DNA of 64,000 nt from Histomonas meleagridis 2922-C6/04-290x (taxonomy: Eukaryota > Protista > Parabasalia), in contig JAANOX010000205.1 of the NCBI GenBank assembly GCA_020184695.1, positions 947,437 to 1,011,436 of the forward strand, written 5' to 3'. Shown here one piece after another: positions 41,866 to 53,564 of the stretch; the stretch's first letter is position 1; each line of letters opens with the position of its first letter. Made by a program: the position numbers and the translations under genes. The notes below the pieces were generated by a model that saw only the letters and a list, made by a program, of their open reading frames with translations, was not told the origin of the DNA and did not search any database.

Positions 41866-41980
41866 GAACAAGAAGGAATTGATGTTAATGATAAAGATAT
41901 TTTTTTGTTCTATTTTGGATTTATAATAATAACTTGAAATTAATGCAATGTTTCAAGGAACTGTTTTGAGTGAACAGCTC
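41866..41980 (+). pseudogene. Orphan ankyrin remnant carrying the same spacer element as 6459-7302
   Basis: EQEGIDVNDKD (41866-41898), a 75-nt AT-rich spacer beginning ATTTTTTTGTTCTATTTTGGATTT, then ACAGCT (TA). Confidence 0.7.
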
Positions 41981-42440
41981 CCTCGGTTCAACATGCCTTT
42001 TCGGTTGAAACTCTTAGGTTCTGAACCAAAAGGTATTCGTCTAATACTATTTGAGAGCAGATTAAACTTTGAATATTTCCTTTAAAATATTCTTTTCATT
42101 TTGGTAAAATTTTCGACTACCAAAACATCTACATGATTGTAAGCATACAAAAAATCAAATAAAATACAAAATAGCTGAAGATGAAACATTCATTATTTCT
42201 TAATACATAAATTTTTTAACTATACAAAAACTTCTCTTTCAATAAAAAGGAACTGAATGGGATGATAATATCCTTATAAGGTTTTAGTTCCTTTCGGTGA
42301 TCACCAAAAACAACCTTAAAAAATTCTGGTGCACCATAAAAATTCTTTCAAAAATTCCTTATTTAGAATTAATAACCGAAATTTCAGGTAAAGAATAACG
42401 AATATTATTAAGTCAATTTTAATCGTTTCTGATTTCAAAC

Positions 42441-43490
42441 ATGGACAAGCTAAAAAACGGAACGCGTTTCCTTTCATACCGTCTCGAAAGATGTATAGGT
42501 AAAGGAGCTTTCGGATGTGTATGGTCAGCTCAACAAGAAGGCAGCGGTCAATATGTTGCAATCAAGTTTGAACTCCCTAATCTCGCAAAATCCTTACTTA
42601 CTGAAGAAGCAGAAATTACTAAAGCTGTCTCTTCATGTGACTCGTTTCCAGCTTACTATGGAAACGGTATTGAACAAGGATTAAATTATTTGGTTATCGA
42701 AATGCTTGGAATGAGTTTAAGAGCTTTCCAAGAGAACCACACGGGAGGGATATTATCGCTTAACGAAGTTGGGCCACTTGCAGTTTCTATGGTCAAAGCA
42801 ATTCAAAATTTCCATAATATGGGATTTGTTCATCGTGACATCAAACCATCAAACTTTGTTTTTCGTGGAAGACCTGATCAAAACCGGCTTTGTTTGATTG
42901 ACTTTGGTCTTGCAAAGCGTTGGAGATCTCCAGATGGCGAGGTTTTCAAGCCTCGCGAAAACGTAGGATTTCGTGGTACATCACGATATGCCTCTATTAA
43001 TTCACACGATGGGTATGATTTAGGCCGACGTGATGATTTATGGTCTTTCTTTTATGTATTGATAGAATTATGTGCTCCACCACTTCCATGGAAATCACAA
43101 AACGACAAAGATGCCGTAGCCCAGATCAAAAAGCGCGGGGTCGCACGTCTTTGTACTGGTCTTCCATCACAATTTGAGGAAATTGCAAATCACATCTCAA
43201 GTTTAGGATTTGCCGACGATCCCGACTACGACCTTATTATACAGAAGCTCGAGGAGGTGATCGAAGGTGCCGAGGCCGGCTCCGACTGCGGCGTTTGCCT
43301 CAGCGAAGAGTACGGATCGATGGCGCTTATCGTTGCGCCAAATTGTGGGAGTGTGTTCGGAAGCTCAAGCGCAGTGGAAGGCAGCTGGGATAACGCAGAG
43401 CCAGTGCAAGCGCCTGACGTGTATGAAGGAGATAATGAGAACGATGCATCTGGCGGACATGGGAAAGGCGGATGCTGCAATCTTTTATAA
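42441..43490 (+). CDS. Casein kinase 1/TTBK-family Ser/Thr kinase
   Basis: IGKGAFG, VAIK, HRDIKPSN, IDFG, GFRGTSRYAS, DDLWS; C-terminus GGCCNLL*. Confidence 0.95.
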   Translation: MDKLKNGTRFLSYRLERCIGKGAFGCVWSAQQEGSGQYVAIKFELPNLAKSLLTEEAEITKAVSSCDSFPAYYGNGIEQGLNYLVIEMLGMSLRAFQENHTGGILSLNEVGPLAVSMVKAIQNFHNMGFVHRDIKPSNFVFRGRPDQNRLCLIDFGLAKRWRSPDGEVFKPRENVGFRGTSRYASINSHDGYDLGRRDDLWSFFYVLIELCAPPLPWKSQNDKDAVAQIKKRGVARLCTGLPSQFEEIANHISSLGFADDPDYDLIIQKLEEVIEGAEAGSDCGVCLSEEYGSMALIVAPNCGSVFGSSSAVEGSWDNAEPVQAPDVYEGDNENDASGGHGKGGCCNLL

Positions 43491-43620
43491 GTTCAGATGA
43501 ATAAATAATGATATAAATTAGGAAATAATAACAAAAAATTTTATTAATTTAAATTATGTTATGTATAGAGGAGAATTAAATTATGTGTTAGAGAAGATGA
43601 TGAATGATTTAAAAATAAAA

Positions 43621-46053
43621 TTATTTATTCGAGAAAATCTCTTTTAAGTTTTCATTTGCTTTATTGTAATTGTTCCTCCGAAATAAAGGTTCTACGTCTT
43701 GATATAGTAATTTTTCTTTATTTTGTTCAATCGAAGAAATCAATTCCATTGGTGATAAATACATATTAGATGCAATAAAAGATGCGGTAAAATAGAGGTT
43801 GTCGTCATTTTGATTTTCAGTGAAAATATTTTTATATTTTTGTAAATTTTTTAATAAAACCAATGAACCAATTTGATTAATGTCTTTAACCATTGGAAGA
43901 TATTTGATGAATAAAGTATATATAAGATTCTGAATACCTAGCGTTACAAACTCTTGAGATATTGGGGACAAACATGTTGTCACTGATTCGTATAATTTTT
44001 TGAAATTCTTAATTAAATTAGCGGATTTAATTTCTTTCATTTTACCTTTTGGTAATTTAAAAGAGACATTGAGTAATGACATAGAAATATGATAATAGCA
44101 ATTACACCTTAATTCTTTTCTTATAAAACATAAAAAATATATGGCATCTTTTCCATAAGATATTAATTCGTTTTCAATCTTTTTATATATATCTTCACTA
44201 AAAATATTTTTTCTTTGTTGTACAAGAGTAACAATTTGTTTTTGAATGTAAAGTAATGTTTCGCTTATTGTCGCCATTAATACAAGAGAATAAGAATCAT
44301 TCATGATTTCGTTTGTTTTCAAAATCTTTTGTCCCGTTAATAATTCTTTTTCATTTTCATAATCAATTTGGTTGAAGTTAGATATTGCTTCAGAAGTAAT
44401 TTCTGTATTTTTATCTAGAAGAGGTCTAAACAAAAGTTGATATTTTTCATATTCTTGAAGCAATTTTGGTGTAATTAAAGTTTCTGCATAATATGAAATA
44501 TTTTCATTATGTATATATGAATATAAATTAGAAGTGCATTTTGTTCTAAAAGAATATATAAGACTAACTACATTTTCGAATAAATTTTTTCTTAAAACAT
44601 AGAATTGAGAAGCCGCATTTATAAAGTGACCAATTGTTTTTAGAATAATTATTGAATCTGAAAGAACTGAAATTTCTCTTCTTGGAGGTTTAACAACGTT
44701 GAAACTTAATGGAGTTTTCAATATTTTTTTTGTATGATGATTCAGAAATTCTTTTATAGGTTGCAAATTTTCTTGAATTTGTTGATCATTGTAAGCAAAA
44801 GAAATGTTAAATGACTGAGAACATGTATTTTCAAATTTCTTAAGTATTGGAATCATATATAGATAATTAAATTTATTAGGCTTTATTCCAAGTTGTTTTA
44901 TACATGTTTCATGAGTTTTATTATATGTATTACTGTTAGTGATTAATTTATAACTAAGTTTCTGTGTTTCATGATGTGAATCACCTGATCGATGAGTCAT
45001 TGCAAATATAAGTTGATTGATTTCCTTGCTAATGATATCCCATGTAAAATCTAACATAAGATTTTTTGGATTATGAAAGAATTGATCAATTCTATCACAA
45101 TAAAAAAGCAAAACAAATACTCTCGAAAGAAAGTTATTTAGAAATATCACTATTGGATTTAAATCATTAAAATTTTGATATATATTAACGAATTGCCTAA
45201 ATTTATCCATATATTCACAATTTTTATTCACTTTTTTGATGTTTTTGATTGAATCTATTTGCATTTGAGATATTCTTTCATGGAGTTCATCATGAAAAAT
45301 ATTTATAAATTTTGTGTGAGAATCAAGATATAGAAGTGATTGAGTATATATTTTTATACTGTTAGCTTCTGTTATTAAAACTTTTAAACTAATTTCTGAA
45401 TTATAAAAAGATATCTTTGAAAGTGCATCTGAAAGAAATAATTTTTCAAAGATACACTTAAAAATAGTTTCGCATATAATATTCCTTGAAGTAATTAAAT
45501 GTGTTTTAACGTTAGATAAGATCTCAATTTCGTTTATATGTTCATCATTTGATAATATTTCAAATGCCTTTTTTATAATATTAACAGCCTCACTAACATT
45601 ACCACTTTCTATTAATTGAAGTGACTTTTTAGAACATTTTGTAAGTTCTTCTATTTTATCTAAAATTTCTATTTTTTTCTGATATATAAGATTCTTCTTC
45701 CATAATTGAAGAATTGATTTTGGATTTATTGAAAACTTTTCTTGTGATTCTTCAATCAGTGTTAGTGTTTTATTAATGTTCTTTTTTATTCCTTTATTAA
45801 ACTTTGATTTTATTAAAAAACGATCTGAAATTTCTTTAAATTGGTCTTCATAATTTGATACTAATGCATCAGTAATTTTTCGTATTTCTTCTATTACTGA
45901 TTTTTGTTTTTCTTTTTCTTCTTGGGATTTCCAACATAAAATTGCAGTATCATGGAAATTATATGTATCAAGTAATACATTTTGATTTCTTTGATTAAAC
46001 AAAATAATATTTGTCCAAAGTTCAGATATATCTTTTAATTCATCTGTTTCCAT
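43621..46053 (-). CDS. SEC8: Exocyst subunit Sec8/EXOC4-like
   Basis: N-terminal coiled coil. C-terminal FIRKELRCNCYYHI...FVTLGIQNLI..LFI...INQIG..VLLKNL resembles the Sec8 C-terminal region. Confidence 0.6.
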   Translation of the reverse strand: METDELKDISELWTNIILFNQRNQNVLLDTYNFHDTAILCWKSQEEKEKQKSVIEEIRKITDALVSNYEDQFKEISDRFLIKSKFNKGIKKNINKTLTLIEESQEKFSINPKSILQLWKKNLIYQKKIEILDKIEELTKCSKKSLQLIESGNVSEAVNIIKKAFEILSNDEHINEIEILSNVKTHLITSRNIICETIFKCIFEKLFLSDALSKISFYNSEISLKVLITEANSIKIYTQSLLYLDSHTKFINIFHDELHERISQMQIDSIKNIKKVNKNCEYMDKFRQFVNIYQNFNDLNPIVIFLNNFLSRVFVLLFYCDRIDQFFHNPKNLMLDFTWDIISKEINQLIFAMTHRSGDSHHETQKLSYKLITNSNTYNKTHETCIKQLGIKPNKFNYLYMIPILKKFENTCSQSFNISFAYNDQQIQENLQPIKEFLNHHTKKILKTPLSFNVVKPPRREISVLSDSIIILKTIGHFINAASQFYVLRKNLFENVVSLIYSFRTKCTSNLYSYIHNENISYYAETLITPKLLQEYEKYQLLFRPLLDKNTEITSEAISNFNQIDYENEKELLTGQKILKTNEIMNDSYSLVLMATISETLLYIQKQIVTLVQQRKNIFSEDIYKKIENELISYGKDAIYFLCFIRKELRCNCYYHISMSLLNVSFKLPKGKMKEIKSANLIKNFKKLYESVTTCLSPISQEFVTLGIQNLIYTLFIKYLPMVKDINQIGSLVLLKNLQKYKNIFTENQNDDNLYFTASFIASNMYLSPMELISSIEQNKEKLLYQDVEPLFRRNNYNKANENLKEIFSNK

Positions 46054-46655
46054 GTTTTTAATTTTATCATAAAAAAATTTCCAAAACCATTAAATTACAT
46101 AATTTTTGATAAATTAAAAGTTAATCACTGGTTTCTTTTTAATTAGGGAAAAATTCATATAAGTCATTCGTGTACTCATTTTGTGCTTTTAAAATAATTT
46201 TTTGATTCTGTTTTTTCGTGTTAGTTTTTCTTATTGAACAATTTGTATCGGACTAATTCGAAAATCGACAATAAATTCAAATGATTTTTACTCCATGCTA
46301 TATCATTTTTAGGAAACTGTATAACTCCTTGAGGATTTTCACTTCTTGTTCTATAATTATTTATAAAGCATTTACATGAGTTGGCAATAACAAAGTATAT
46401 TTTTTTTTTATTCGACTTCCAAAATATCATAACTAATCAACCATGTAATCTGAATCCATTGGGGGAAAAAACTAAAAATTTTTATCTTTGACCTATAGAC
46501 CAGGATTATTTTTTACTAGAAGTGTTAATAATTGAATTAAAACAGTATAAGTTAACAATAACAAGTTTTTTTCTTAAATGAAATGTTATGTGAAATCAAT
46601 TGGCAAAATATGCACATAACTTTGAGAGCACTCACAATATTTTGAGCGTCATCAA

Positions 46656-47882
46656 ATGCGACACAATTCCTCACGAGGCATTGAATCTGATCCTCGTCAA
46701 AAGGAAGTAGTGAAAGCAGTCATTGAAAACGATGTTGGCCGTCTTAATGCAATTCTTCAAGGCATGAAACCACATGAATATACCCAATCCAATTATTCTT
46801 TTCCACGTGAACTTTTTGAAGATAATCCAACTAGTTCCAGTTCCAGTTTCTACTATATGCCCCTTCCAATCAGTAATGTTACGCTTCTACATATTGCAGC
46901 ATATTGTGATTCTCTTGATGTCTTTATCTATTTATGTAGCATTTCACCCAATTTTAACACTCGCACAACGACAGCCAATTCATATCATCCACTTCATTAC
47001 GCATGTAGTTCAGCAGCGTATGAAGTTGCATTTTACATATTATCAATTGATCCAACAGAAGCCACCCAAACTCCATCAGTTGAATATCATTTTATATACC
47101 TAGCATCTGATTCAGGTGATCCTGACATTCTAAATCTTTTATTTTCCAATGGTGCAGATATTAATTCTCCTGCCAACAAGCGAAATGGCAGTGTCAGTCA
47201 AGCAGTTCGTCGTCAGAACATTGAGTGCCTTCGTATCCTTATCAAAAAGGGCTCCAAAGAAACCCGCGATCAACGCGATTACACACCATTAATGCTTGCG
47301 ATCACCAATTACCAATTTGAAGCTGTTCCTATTCTACTTGATTCAGGTGAAGATCCTGAATACTTTGCTCCAGATGGGAAAAGCGCATTATTTCTTTCTT
47401 GCTTCACAGATAATGTTGATGTTGTTCGGCTTTTATGTGAGAAAATGCGCGTTGTCGACATCGATCCTCAGAAAAATGCGAAAGGTTTAATCCATTACGC
47501 ATGCATGTCATATGACCCGGAGATAGTTAAAATTGTTTTGACGAAAAACATCGAAATTAATCGAATGGATGAAGAAGGTCGACTTGGTCCGTGGTACTTA
47601 GCAGACATGGCCAAAGAAGAAGACATCATACAGATACTCGAAATGCTCGTGGATAAAGGGCTGAATCTGAACCTGGTGAAAAACTTGGGCCACGAAAAGA
47701 ACTCGGACCCATTACTCGGATCTTTTGTTATTGCGATAAAGAAAATGATGAATGTGATGGAATGGATGTTGGTGCATGGAGCGGACCCAAATATGAAAAT
47801 GCAATCAGGGAAAACAATTATGGAAATAGCAGAGAAGTCACCTAATAGATATATAAGACAACTTTTTATGAAATATAAATAA
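46656..47882 (+). CDS. Ankyrin-repeat protein (uninterrupted)
   Basis: TLLHIAA, HPLHYAC, TPLMLAI, SALFLSC and GLIHYAC repeats in one continuous 408-aa ORF. Confidence 0.9.
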   Translation: MRHNSSRGIESDPRQKEVVKAVIENDVGRLNAILQGMKPHEYTQSNYSFPRELFEDNPTSSSSSFYYMPLPISNVTLLHIAAYCDSLDVFIYLCSISPNFNTRTTTANSYHPLHYACSSAAYEVAFYILSIDPTEATQTPSVEYHFIYLASDSGDPDILNLLFSNGADINSPANKRNGSVSQAVRRQNIECLRILIKKGSKETRDQRDYTPLMLAITNYQFEAVPILLDSGEDPEYFAPDGKSALFLSCFTDNVDVVRLLCEKMRVVDIDPQKNAKGLIHYACMSYDPEIVKIVLTKNIEINRMDEEGRLGPWYLADMAKEEDIIQILEMLVDKGLNLNLVKNLGHEKNSDPLLGSFVIAIKKMMNVMEWMLVHGADPNMKMQSGKTIMEIAEKSPNRYIRQLFMKYK

Positions 47883-48124
47883 ATGAAATGTGAAGTATAC
47901 AGATATATTAAATTTGGGTAATTAGAAGGAAATAATTTGGCGTTCTAAATATTTCCCCTTAATTTTCCTTCGTGTGTAAAGTTTATAGTTTAAAATAGCT
48001 AACAAAGGAAAAATGATACAAAAAAATAAGTTAAATATATAATGGCAGTGAAAAACTGTCGACCTTGATAAGAATGTCATTAAATGAAGTTTTTTTCAGA
48101 GATATGCATACCAAGTTTAATGAA

Positions 48125-48483
48125 CAAAATTAAATAACGAATGGACATTATGTTATGTATTAGCAATGGAAGAAAATGGCTACAGAATATGTGACGCCGA
48201 ATCGGATTCAACTTCTTCCATCACAGTTGACAGAAACAATGTTATTCCTCTCCCAACTTCTTTGCCTGATCGCAATATCAAAGCAGTAGAGTTTCCACCC
48301 AAAACGCGCGTACTTTCGCTGTTTCCAGAGAGCAATGGCTCGTGGACATCTGTTTTCTATGAAGCAGACGTGCTAAAGCCACCGTCAGAAACTGGGAATT
48401 GTTATAAATTAAAATTTCTCGATGACTCTGGAAAGTCGAGAAATATCCCGCCAAAGTACATTGTGAAATGTCCGCTGAGGTAA
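48125..48483 (+). pseudogene. 5'-truncated duplicate of the SGF29-like gene
   Basis: Encodes the same C-terminal residues as 62869-63684 but starts mid-Tudor domain (KLNNEW). Confidence 0.85.
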
Positions 48484-48949
48484 ATACGGTTCAGATTCTG
48501 TTTTGTTCATAAAATGTGTTTTTGTAATTTTGTTTTGTTTGTAAATTATTAAGCAACAACAGGTGCCGATGGTTCACTTGATCTTTATTTTATCGAAATT
48601 TGCAATCACAAATATTGGAGGATCGAAGATCTATATCGTAAACAAAAGGACTTAGGTTTAACACCTGAACAAACCAAAAAATACACATTGTAAAATATAG
48701 ATTCCAAAAAATAGTGTTTTCATCTTGTTTACTTTTTAGTCAATTGACTACATTATCTTAATCTTCTTTATTATTAAATGTCATAAAACATCAATCTCAA
48801 AAAATTTAATATTAAATAAATTGCTATTATTTGTTACTTTAACAGATTCATCAACATTAATATTTCGTTCAATTTTTTTGTAGCGGTTTTTGGGTGCAGC
48901 CCAACCGTTAGCATTGAATTCCTAATTGGCATATTTTGCACAAATTATT

Positions 48950-50257
48950 ATGGAATCGAAATCAAACGATGGTATCAAACCATATGAAGAAAATGTCTAT
49001 TGTAAATGTTTGTTGAATTTTTCACTTTCAGTTGAAGGTTTAAAAAGAATTAATTTTAAAAATTATGAAAATAATTTCGAGTTTCGATTTCAAAATGATA
49101 AATTATTAAAAGTACCTGATTTCCTTGCAGAATTTATTTCACCTGTTGTTTCAAATATGAAAGCTAAAAACCCAAAAAAATGAATTTTTTAAAAGTTGAC
49201 GAAGTTGTAACAGATGAAATAATTCATAAATTCGAGGAATTATTACATGGACAAAGTGTTAATATTATTAATTTGGAAGAGCCACCTATCAACAATTTTA
49301 ACAAACTTAAAAAAATCCAGAACTTATAGAAAAATTGCCTCTTGAAATCAATAATGACAATTTAATAAATATTCTTAATCTTAAAACTAAAGTAGGAATT
49401 AATATTGACAAAGAAATTGAATATGGAGCAAAACATTTTGAAGAAATTAAAGAACAAAATTTTTCGTTGTCACAATTAGAATTACTTTTGAAATGTGATA
49501 AACTCAAACTTGAAAATGAAAAATCGTTACTTGATTTTGTTATTGAAAAATATCAACAAAATCCAGAATTTTATGTCTTATTTAAATATATTCACTGTGA
49601 ATTTTTAGAAGAAGAAGATTCTGACAGATTAACATCCATTGTCAATTTACTTCCTCATCAGAAAATCGGTGAGTTGTGGCCTTCACTTAGTAAAATTCGA
49701 GGCAAACGATCTGACGAAGAATTTCGAAAGAGATTTTTTTACCTTTTCTATTTAAATATGATGGAACTAATAAATTTAATGGAATTCTCGATCATCTCAC
49801 AAAGGAAAGTAATGGAAATATTATAACAAACGGAACAATTAAAGTGACAGCATCTTCAGTTTTAGATGATAAAAAATATCCATTAAGTAGTATTGTACAA
49901 GATGAAGGAGAATTTTTTACAAAAAACATTGTAAATCAATTTATTTTTATTTGATTTCAAATATAGAAAAGTTTCTCTCACTTCATATTCATTAAAATCT
50001 GTTTCAAGTAAATGGCCACATCATTTTAAAAGTTGGAAGTTGGAGGGTTCTAATGACGTAATTAATTGGACAATTCTTGATGAAAGATCCAATGATAGTT
50101 CACTAAATGGAGACCTTCAAGAATCATTCTTTGAGATTCAAGTAAAGCAAGGACCGTTCCGTTATTTGAAGCTAACACAAAACTGATTATAATCAGTACG
50201 GCTCCCCTCTTACTTACACTGAGAAGAATCGAATTCTTTGGAAGACTTATGAATTAA
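48950..50257 (+). pseudogene. Frameshifted duplicate of the BTB/BACK-like plus F5/8C-like gene
   Basis: Same coding sequence as 61108-62408, with homopolymer expansions near 49175, 49310, 49735, 49945, 50180 and 50205. Confidence 0.8.
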
Positions 50258-50679
50258 ACAATATTTCATTTCATTTTCATAAACACTAAAGAAAAAGTCG
50301 AATGCGCGTATTTTAAACTTAAGAAATGTCCATTCAATCCATGTGCTATTCCTTAATGAAAATATTTTTTATACGCTATCAGAATGTTTTATTATTTTAT
50401 CATTTATATTTATTAAATATTTTCATTTTTTATTTATTAATATTTTTCTTTTCTATTTTTTCCAAATATTCCGAAATTTCATCTGTTCCATGTTTTTTGC
50501 AGTATTCTAAATAATCAAAATTGTTTTCATCACCTTCATCATCTCGAAATTCTGCAATTGAATGAATATAATTAATTGATATTAAAATTTTAAATTAATT
50601 TATCTTAAAGAAAAAATGGTGTAATGGACAATGAATAATATAAAAATTATAAGAATAAAATTTAATATTAAGAAGGAAA

Positions 50680-51042
50680 TTAATTTCCTTTTTTACGCGT
50701 TTGCTTTTTTGGTGATTCAAAAAGAGTTGAGCGATATTCGATTAAGTGCTCTCTAAGCGATGTTTTCCTGCAATATAAATACATATCTTCATCTTGAATA
50801 TTCTTTCTACCTGCATGTTTAGAAAATGCAATCAGTTCTCTAGGAAGGTGTGCATCTAGCAGCGTATAAACAAGCGCTGTCAAAGCTGAAACAAATTCAT
50901 GTGAAGGGACTTTAGGGTTTATTTGCTGTTCACAAATTTTTCCTACGAAAAAACGAAGTGCATCAAGAAGATTTCGCTTAGCTTCATCTATTTCCATTGT
51001 GTCTTGGTCCATTCCATTTAGGAAAGCTTGGAAAGACAGCAT
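50680..51042 (-). CDS. CENPS: CENP-S/MHF1 histone-fold protein
   Basis: ALRFFVGKICE...FVSALTALVY...ELIAFSKHAGRKNIQDEDMYLYCRK matches the CENP-S histone fold. Confidence 0.8.
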   Translation of the reverse strand: MLSFQAFLNGMDQDTMEIDEAKRNLLDALRFFVGKICEQQINPKVPSHEFVSALTALVYTLLDAHLPRELIAFSKHAGRKNIQDEDMYLYCRKTSLREHLIEYRSTLFESPKKQTRKKGN

Positions 51043-51311
51043 TTGGTAAAATGAACTTCATTTTCTTGTATTCAATTTTTTCAAATAAAATAAAATGTCA
51101 TTTTTTTCCACAAAAAATATTTCTGTCAAAACATCAGTTCCTTAAAAGTTAACATTTAGTTCTCTGACTCAAAATAAAAAAACAGATTCCTAATACAAAT
51201 CATTGTTTATAGATATAGTTTGGTAATAAATGGCTTTGGTTAAATCATGCTGCTGAAAAACATAAATGTAACGCAGTATTTTGAAAATGCTTATTGTGAG
51301 CTTATAATGAC

Positions 51312-51854
51312 TTATTTGGTTTGAAAGTGATTTTTGATAAATTCGTTGATCTTTGGGTTTACAAATAAAGGTGTTATAAATAACACAGAATCAATCAAAA
51401 TCCAAAATAAAAATACTGTACCAATCGTTTCTGCTGTAATAAAGGAAAGAGCTGAAAACCCAAAGAAGATGAAATTTTTCTTTAGTGTTGGATGTCTCAC
51501 ATATTCTTCAAACCACTTCTTAATCTTTTTTACTCCCCTGTTAAATCGTTGGAACTTTGGATTCAATTCTTTGAGGGATCTTATTCTATTTGGACTTTTG
51601 GCGTTATCATTGATTTGCTTTCTAAACATAAAGTTGAATGCATTTGAACAGAACAAACGAAGCACACATCCGATTAATCCCAAAAATCCAACTGTAGCCA
51701 AAAAACTTAGGTCTAAGTAATAGATTAAAAAAATAATTAGATTAATAACAATACTAAAAAATAATGAAATTAGTGGTCTCCTCCAAAAGATAACCTCTTG
51801 TACTCTTGATGTGAATTCTTCTGTTATGTTTGGAATTAGTTGTTCTTTACTCAT
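51312..51854 (-). CDS. Reticulon-like ER membrane protein
   Basis: EVIFWRRP start of a reticulon-like domain, with two long hydrophobic hairpins separated by a basic loop. Confidence 0.7.
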   Translation of the reverse strand: MSKEQLIPNITEEFTSRVQEVIFWRRPLISLFFSIVINLIIFLIYYLDLSFLATVGFLGLIGCVLRLFCSNAFNFMFRKQINDNAKSPNRIRSLKELNPKFQRFNRGVKKIKKWFEEYVRHPTLKKNFIFFGFSALSFITAETIGTVFLFWILIDSVLFITPLFVNPKINEFIKNHFQTK

Positions 51855-52045
51855 TTTCTTCGTCTCTTCACTTTTAATTTTATTCTATCGTTTTTTAACG
51901 GCATCTGTTTTTTATCCTTTCAAAAAACATTTCATGTTTGGTTGTAATACTTTTAGAGATGGTTCACATTGAGTTAAACAAAACGTATCCAAACTCCAAA
52001 GAAAAATAAAACTTTTACTCAAACAAAATATAAAATTTATAAATT

Positions 52046-52999
52046 CTATTGTGATAATATGTTTTCGATTCTTTTAAAATTCTTTTCATCTAAAGCAGCA
52101 ATTTCCTTTGTCAGTTCAATTGCAATTTCTAATTCTTCGCTTTCAAATTGCATTTCTAAAAAGGAAACCATTTCTTCAGTATCGATGTCCAAAAGAGTTT
52201 TCCAAACCTTTTTCGGTAATTGGCTTACAAACTTTCCATTTTTTCTAGCAGATTTAAGTGCATAGTATATTGAAAGACGAATTTCTTTTAATAAATCATG
52301 AAAGAACAAGACAACAGGTGATTTTTCATTGTTATTTGCTATTGCTGATGCATAGCGTGGAAGAACAGAATTCCATAATTCCCAAAATACTTCTTCATGA
52401 TTTTCAGGCGGATTTTGATATATGTTTTTATATACCCATATGTAGCTTCTTGTAAAAATTGGAATTAATCCGCTTGATTCAAGTGAGTTATAATCAATCA
52501 TTTTTTCGATTTCTTCGGAATATTGTGCAAGGAATTTACAAATAAACCTCCATAGTGGTGGCTTTGGTGGAGAAAAGTTTGCTAAATTTAATATTGTTGC
52601 CATGATAATATCTGAAAAGATGGCTTTAACATCTTCACGTGAAAAAAATCTGTCTAAAAACAAAACAGCATCATCAAATGTATCGTCATTTTGTAAAAAT
52701 AAAACCAAAACAGATTCTAATAGCCCTGGCGACATTAAATGATTCATTGATGAAATTGGTGCTAAATCTACTAAAAGGGACATGACTAACTGATTTATTT
52801 TCCCAAAATCAATATCCACAATAGCCATTTCTATTCGCCTAAAAATAATTGATATTATTCTATCTTTCTCTGGTATTTCTTCATTTGGATGATTTTTTAG
52901 GATTTCATGAAATAACTTTAAGTCTTTGATTGGTTCTGTTGGCTTTAATGATTCTTCTAAAACTTTTTGCCAAAATTCGCTGATTTGTTTACTTTCCAT
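52046..52999 (-). CDS. Helical-repeat hypothetical protein (weakly exportin-like)
   Basis: ATG at 52999 (the ORF-track start is TTG). All-alpha composition; the family is not confidently recognised. Confidence 0.65.
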   Translation of the reverse strand: MESKQISEFWQKVLEESLKPTEPIKDLKLFHEILKNHPNEEIPEKDRIISIIFRRIEMAIVDIDFGKINQLVMSLLVDLAPISSMNHLMSPGLLESVLVLFLQNDDTFDDAVLFLDRFFSREDVKAIFSDIIMATILNLANFSPPKPPLWRFICKFLAQYSEEIEKMIDYNSLESSGLIPIFTRSYIWVYKNIYQNPPENHEEVFWELWNSVLPRYASAIANNNEKSPVVLFFHDLLKEIRLSIYYALKSARKNGKFVSQLPKKVWKTLLDIDTEEMVSFLEMQFESEELEIAIELTKEIAALDEKNFKRIENILSQ

Positions 53000-53564
53000 C
53001 CGAAGATTTTTGAACGTTAATTTATCACGATGAAAAAAATAAAACAAAAAGAATTTACCTAAAGTAAGTAATGACCTTATTTACCGATGCTTGAATTTTA
53101 TACCTATTACTTTAACTTTTTTGTTTAAAGAGATCAAATTTTATTATATCAAATCAAAAATAATCAATAGAATTTTTTAATTAGAAACTATATTTATCCT
53201 GATGTTCTTCCATTAGGGTGATAATTCGTAAGAATGCAAGCTTATAGAAAATAAAATGGTAAATCAAAATCAACCCCCAAAAAAATGGGGAAGAATTTTA
53301 TAAAGGCTTTACATTTGGTTTATGCATATATTCTCTTTTATTCATTAGAAACTCTCTTGAAATATTCCCAAAATTTTTTCGTTTAACACCTGTGTTAAAT
53401 CCATCGTTTTGGTAACCGTTTTGTTTTGCAGTTCAAAAAGTTTTACAAAAGTTCCAAGCACGAACAAATAACCATTGAAACAACAACAACAACTCCACAA
53501 CCGACAGTTTGAAAATTTGAATATGCCGGTTGGAAATTGAATGGATGGGGGTTTCATCAAAAAA

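Larger units (their letters stand above)
48125..50568 (+). repeat. Left arm of a 2.4-kb inverted duplication (partner 60797-63227)
   Basis: Reverse complement of 60797-63227, differing mainly in homopolymer lengths plus a few substitutions. Both ends truncate genes. Confidence 0.95.
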
